Assembly (NCBI GenBank): GCA_003990765.1
Contig: RBNJ01000207.1
Location: 1-36,673, forward strand
Reading direction: 5' to 3'
Length of the DNA: 36,673 nucleotides
From: Jimgerdemannia flammicorona
Taxonomy: Eukaryota
Program-made: the position numbers and the translations under genes
The notes under the pieces: model-generated
Told to the model about the DNA's origin: nothing
Databases searched by the model: none
Seen by the model: the letters and a program-made list of their open reading frames with translations, nothing else
Part shown: positions 33,348-36,673 of the stretch, in pieces
Layout of the letters: the number at the start of each line of letters is the position of its first letter
How positions within the stretch are numbered: the stretch's first letter is position 1

Positions 33348-36300
33348 ATGAACAGTACAACTAGGATATTCTCATTGAACATTAATGGGTTACGGGGGGC
33401 AGCTAGGAGGAAGTATATCTTTGGTTGGCTTCGGGGTCTGGATGTGGACCTCTTCTTGTTACAGGATGTTTGGTATGATGCAAATGTGGATTTACAGGAT
33501 TGGACTAAGGAATGGGGGGGTGCAGCAGTTTGGAGGGGGAAAATGGGTATTCTTGTTTGGAAAGGGATGGGGGACATTGGGGACATTGGACATTGGGGGT
33601 CGCAGGTGGTGTGGGGAGTATGGAAGAGGCCTGGATGGGGCTCGCTGATGGTTGGGTCTTGTTACTGCCTGGCTGAGAGAGGGGAGAGAGTGGATTGGAT
33701 TCGAAGATTGAAAGAGGCTGGTTTATTGAGAGAAGTTGGATTTGACTGTATGGGGGGGGACTTCAACATGGTACAGGATAAGGAGTTGGACAGAACTGAT
33801 GGAGGGAGAGGCATATGAGGTGAAAGTGGTGGGTTGGTGGACTGGTTGGAGATGGAAAGGTTGTGTTCTTTGATAGACTCAGGGAGACATTTTTGGGCTG
33901 ATCGGTGGGTGTATACCCATTGGGCAGCAGGACTGGGCTCTAGGATTGACTGGGTTCTAATAGCAGAGTGTTGGGGAGCAGATGTCTAGATGGTGCTGGG
34001 AGTCATATGGTGTCCATGGTCTGATCACTGGGGGTTGCTTGGAGGGGGGAGGTTTGGGGGAAGTGAGGATGGGCCTGGACATTGGCGGCTAAATTCTTCC
34101 TTGTTGGAGGATGGGGCATTGTGGGAGGGTTGGGAAACAGAGGTGGTTGGCGTTATTGGCAGGTGGCGGGATCAAGGACTGGCAATTGGGGACCGCTGGA
34201 GAAGGTTGAAGGTGAAGGCTCAGGGGTATTGGAGGGAAGCAGGGAAAGGAAAGTGTGCTCAGTGAAGGCAGTGGGTGATGTGGGCCTCGCGGCATTTGGC
34301 GGTACTCATGGAGAGATGGGTGGGTGTGCTGGAGGATAGGGCCGAGACTGATTGGCATATTGCAAGGATCCGGCAGGAGGTGGAGGAGCTCAAAGGGGTA
34401 CTACGGAGGGAGGAAGAGAAACAGTTGCAGGGGATGGTGGCCCGCTTGTGCTGGCAGGGGCTTGAGGAAGGGGAGAGACCTACCAGGTTCTTGTCACAGT
34501 TATTACAAGCACGATGAACAAGGCAGTGGTGGGAGAGAGTTTTGGATGAGAATGGCAAGCTGGTGGTGGAGACTCCGGCGATTTTGGGCCTATTGCGATC
34601 CCAGTGGGGGAACCTTTGGAGTGAGGATGAAGGGGGACTGGATGCTCAGGACATTGACAGGCAGCTGGGGGATTGGCACCCGGACCCTGCCATAGGACTT
34701 GGGGCATTGGGGGACCTGGTGAGCGGCAAGGAGATTTGCAAGGTGGTGGCCTCTATGAGTAAAGGGACAGCCCCGGGAGAGGATGGACTCCCCTGGGATT
34801 TTTGGCAGAAGATGACAGGGGTGCATGAGGTACTAGAGGAAATGATGGCTATGTGCAATAAAGTTCTTCAGTCTGGTGCCTGGATTGGGGGACAGCACCT
34901 GGGGCTGGTCTCCTTACTATATAAGAACAAGGGCAGGAGGGAGGATTGGAAGAACTGGCAGCCGATCATGCTTCTGGACATGGACCGCAAATTGGTGATG
35001 AAAATCTTGGTGCTGCGGTTGCAAGGGATTGCACAGCAAGTGCTTGGTTTGGAGCAACGTGGGTTTGTCGGTGGTCAGTTGATTCGCGATGGGACGGCCT
35101 GGGTTCATGGAGTGATTGAGGGTGCCCGGGCTACAGGAGTGGATGGCAGATTGGTATTTTTGGACCAGGAGAAGGCTTATGATAGGGTGCAGAGAATATG
35201 GCTAGAAGGAGTGCTGAAGCGGATTGGTATCCCCCTAGGGTTCCGAGGTTCATTGATCAGACTCTTGGAGGACAGTCAGGTGGCATTGGTCATCAATGGC
35301 CACCGGGGGGTGACCTTCCCCCTGGGCCGTGGGGTGCCACAAGGGGACCTCTTGTCACCCATATTGTATGCCCTTTCCCTAGAGCCACTACTGGATAGGA
35401 TTCGGCATAAGATTGGAGGTTTGGATATTTTAGGGGTGAACTGGAAGGTGGGGGCCTTTGCTGATGACATGGTGGTCAGACTGGGTTCCTTGGGGGATGT
35501 TGGGGAGTTGCAGAGGATGGTGGAATAGTATGAGCGGGGTTCTGGTGCTAAACTGAACTGGCACAAATGCAAGATGCTGGTGCTGGGTGCTGGAATTGTA
35601 GGTGGCAATGTTATTGGGATGGTGGTTTCCGCTGGTGAACCAGTGTGCTACTTGGGGATCTACTTCTCGGTGTTCAGATCTCTTCTTCCCTGGGCATGGT
35701 GGGACCATAAACTGCTGGAGTGGGGCGATGTCTTGATACAATGGGGAGGCCGGCATGTGTCCCTTGCTAGGAGGGTGATGGTGTTGAATGTGTACTGGAT
35801 GCCAAAGCTGTGGTATGTTGGATATCATTTGGATTTCCCACTGTGGGTGGTTAAGAGGTTGTTGAAGATGGCGAGGTCGTGGATTTGGAGAGGGCGGCGG
35901 AGCCAGGTTGGTTGGGAGGTGCTCACACTGTCCTTGGAAAGAGGTGGCCTGGGCTTAGTGGACTTTACTAAGTGGCTTTTATGTCTGAGGGCCTGGTGGC
36001 TAAGGAGGGCAAGTGAGCTTAGAGGTCGGGAGTGGGTGCCACTCATGCAGAGGTTGTGGGAGGTTCGATACTCCCCACGTGGTGGCTCTGGCAACCTGCT
36101 TGTAATGGTGGCCATGGAAGGGAGCCGGAGAATGTGGTTTACAGGTTTTTGGTAGGGAGCGGTGGATGGAGCTAGGAAAATCGGCCTTTGGTGGCGAGGT
36201 GACGAGGCTGAGGAGGTTTGGGGACCACAGATGTGGAGATGGGACAGGCTTCTATTGGGTGGTGTTCCGGTGGAGGACTTTCAGCTTGGCGAGAGTCTGG

Positions 36301-36673
36301 AGTGCCTGCGAGGTCTAGGTGGAGACCTGTGGCCTGAAGCCTGGCAGAGGGTTGGAATCGGGGAAGAGTGGGATTGGAATGGGCTCTGGCTTTAGAGCAA
36401 AAGGGTGAGGCAGTGGCTGCCCCCCAAGTTCTGGTTGGCATGGTGGCAGATCCTACAGCAGAATGTGATGCTGAACTATCGGTCTGGTCACTTGGTGGAT
36501 GGTGGGGTATTCGAGTGCAACGATTGCTTCAATGTTGGTCAGGAGGGAGGAGTGGTACAAACGCCTGAACATTGGCTTAGCGAGTGCGAGGTTTTGGGGG
36601 AGTTTTGGAGATGTATAATGGACAGGTTAGGGTTGGGGGCTGGGGGAGGGGAGGGAGGGGGGAGATGGGGAGA
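33348..36673 (+). pseudogene. LINE ORF2: APE endonuclease and reverse transcriptase
   Basis: NINGLRG, LLQD, GGDFN, SRID, WSDH, APGEDGLP, DQEKAYDRV, GVPQGD, FADD, YLG, GGLGL; six track ORFs in one frame separated only by point stops. Confidence 0.96.

Larger units (their letters stand above)
31316..36673 (+). mobile_element. L1/Tx1-like LINE copy B, full 5' end, runs off the window
   Basis: Same 5' end CGGCTTTCACCAGTAACATTCAGG as copy A; ORF1 followed by EN-RT ORF2. Confidence 0.95.

Overview
Eukaryotic, very probably fungal, transposon nest with no intact host gene. The evidence is spliceosomal introns in the hAT transposase, strong CpG loss and transition-only decay. Contents in order: rearranged LTR pieces of one Ty3/gypsy family (18-3375); an old minus-strand L1/Tx1-like LINE split by a poly(A) insert, by a 10.8-kb hAT element (5989-16804, 8-bp TSD, carrying two LINE fragments and a decayed spliced gene) and by a young 555-bp hairpin MITE with the same TIR; a decayed gypsy RT-RH; a third decayed LTR-like tract; a near-complete minus-strand gypsy element (20519 to at least 29074) with gag-PR-dUTPase-RT-RH-IN and 1.6-kb LTRs; and two nested copies of a younger LINE family. 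The main observation is that the LTR of the dUTPase element carries a 281-codon sense ORF in U3. Two other LTR-like families in this window carry homologous ORFs (motifs YYxIxxLL and, in two of the three, L/IFxxxxxxIPxL). This suggests a conserved, apparently uncharacterised LTR-encoded accessory protein family. All alignments were done by eye and no databases were searched.
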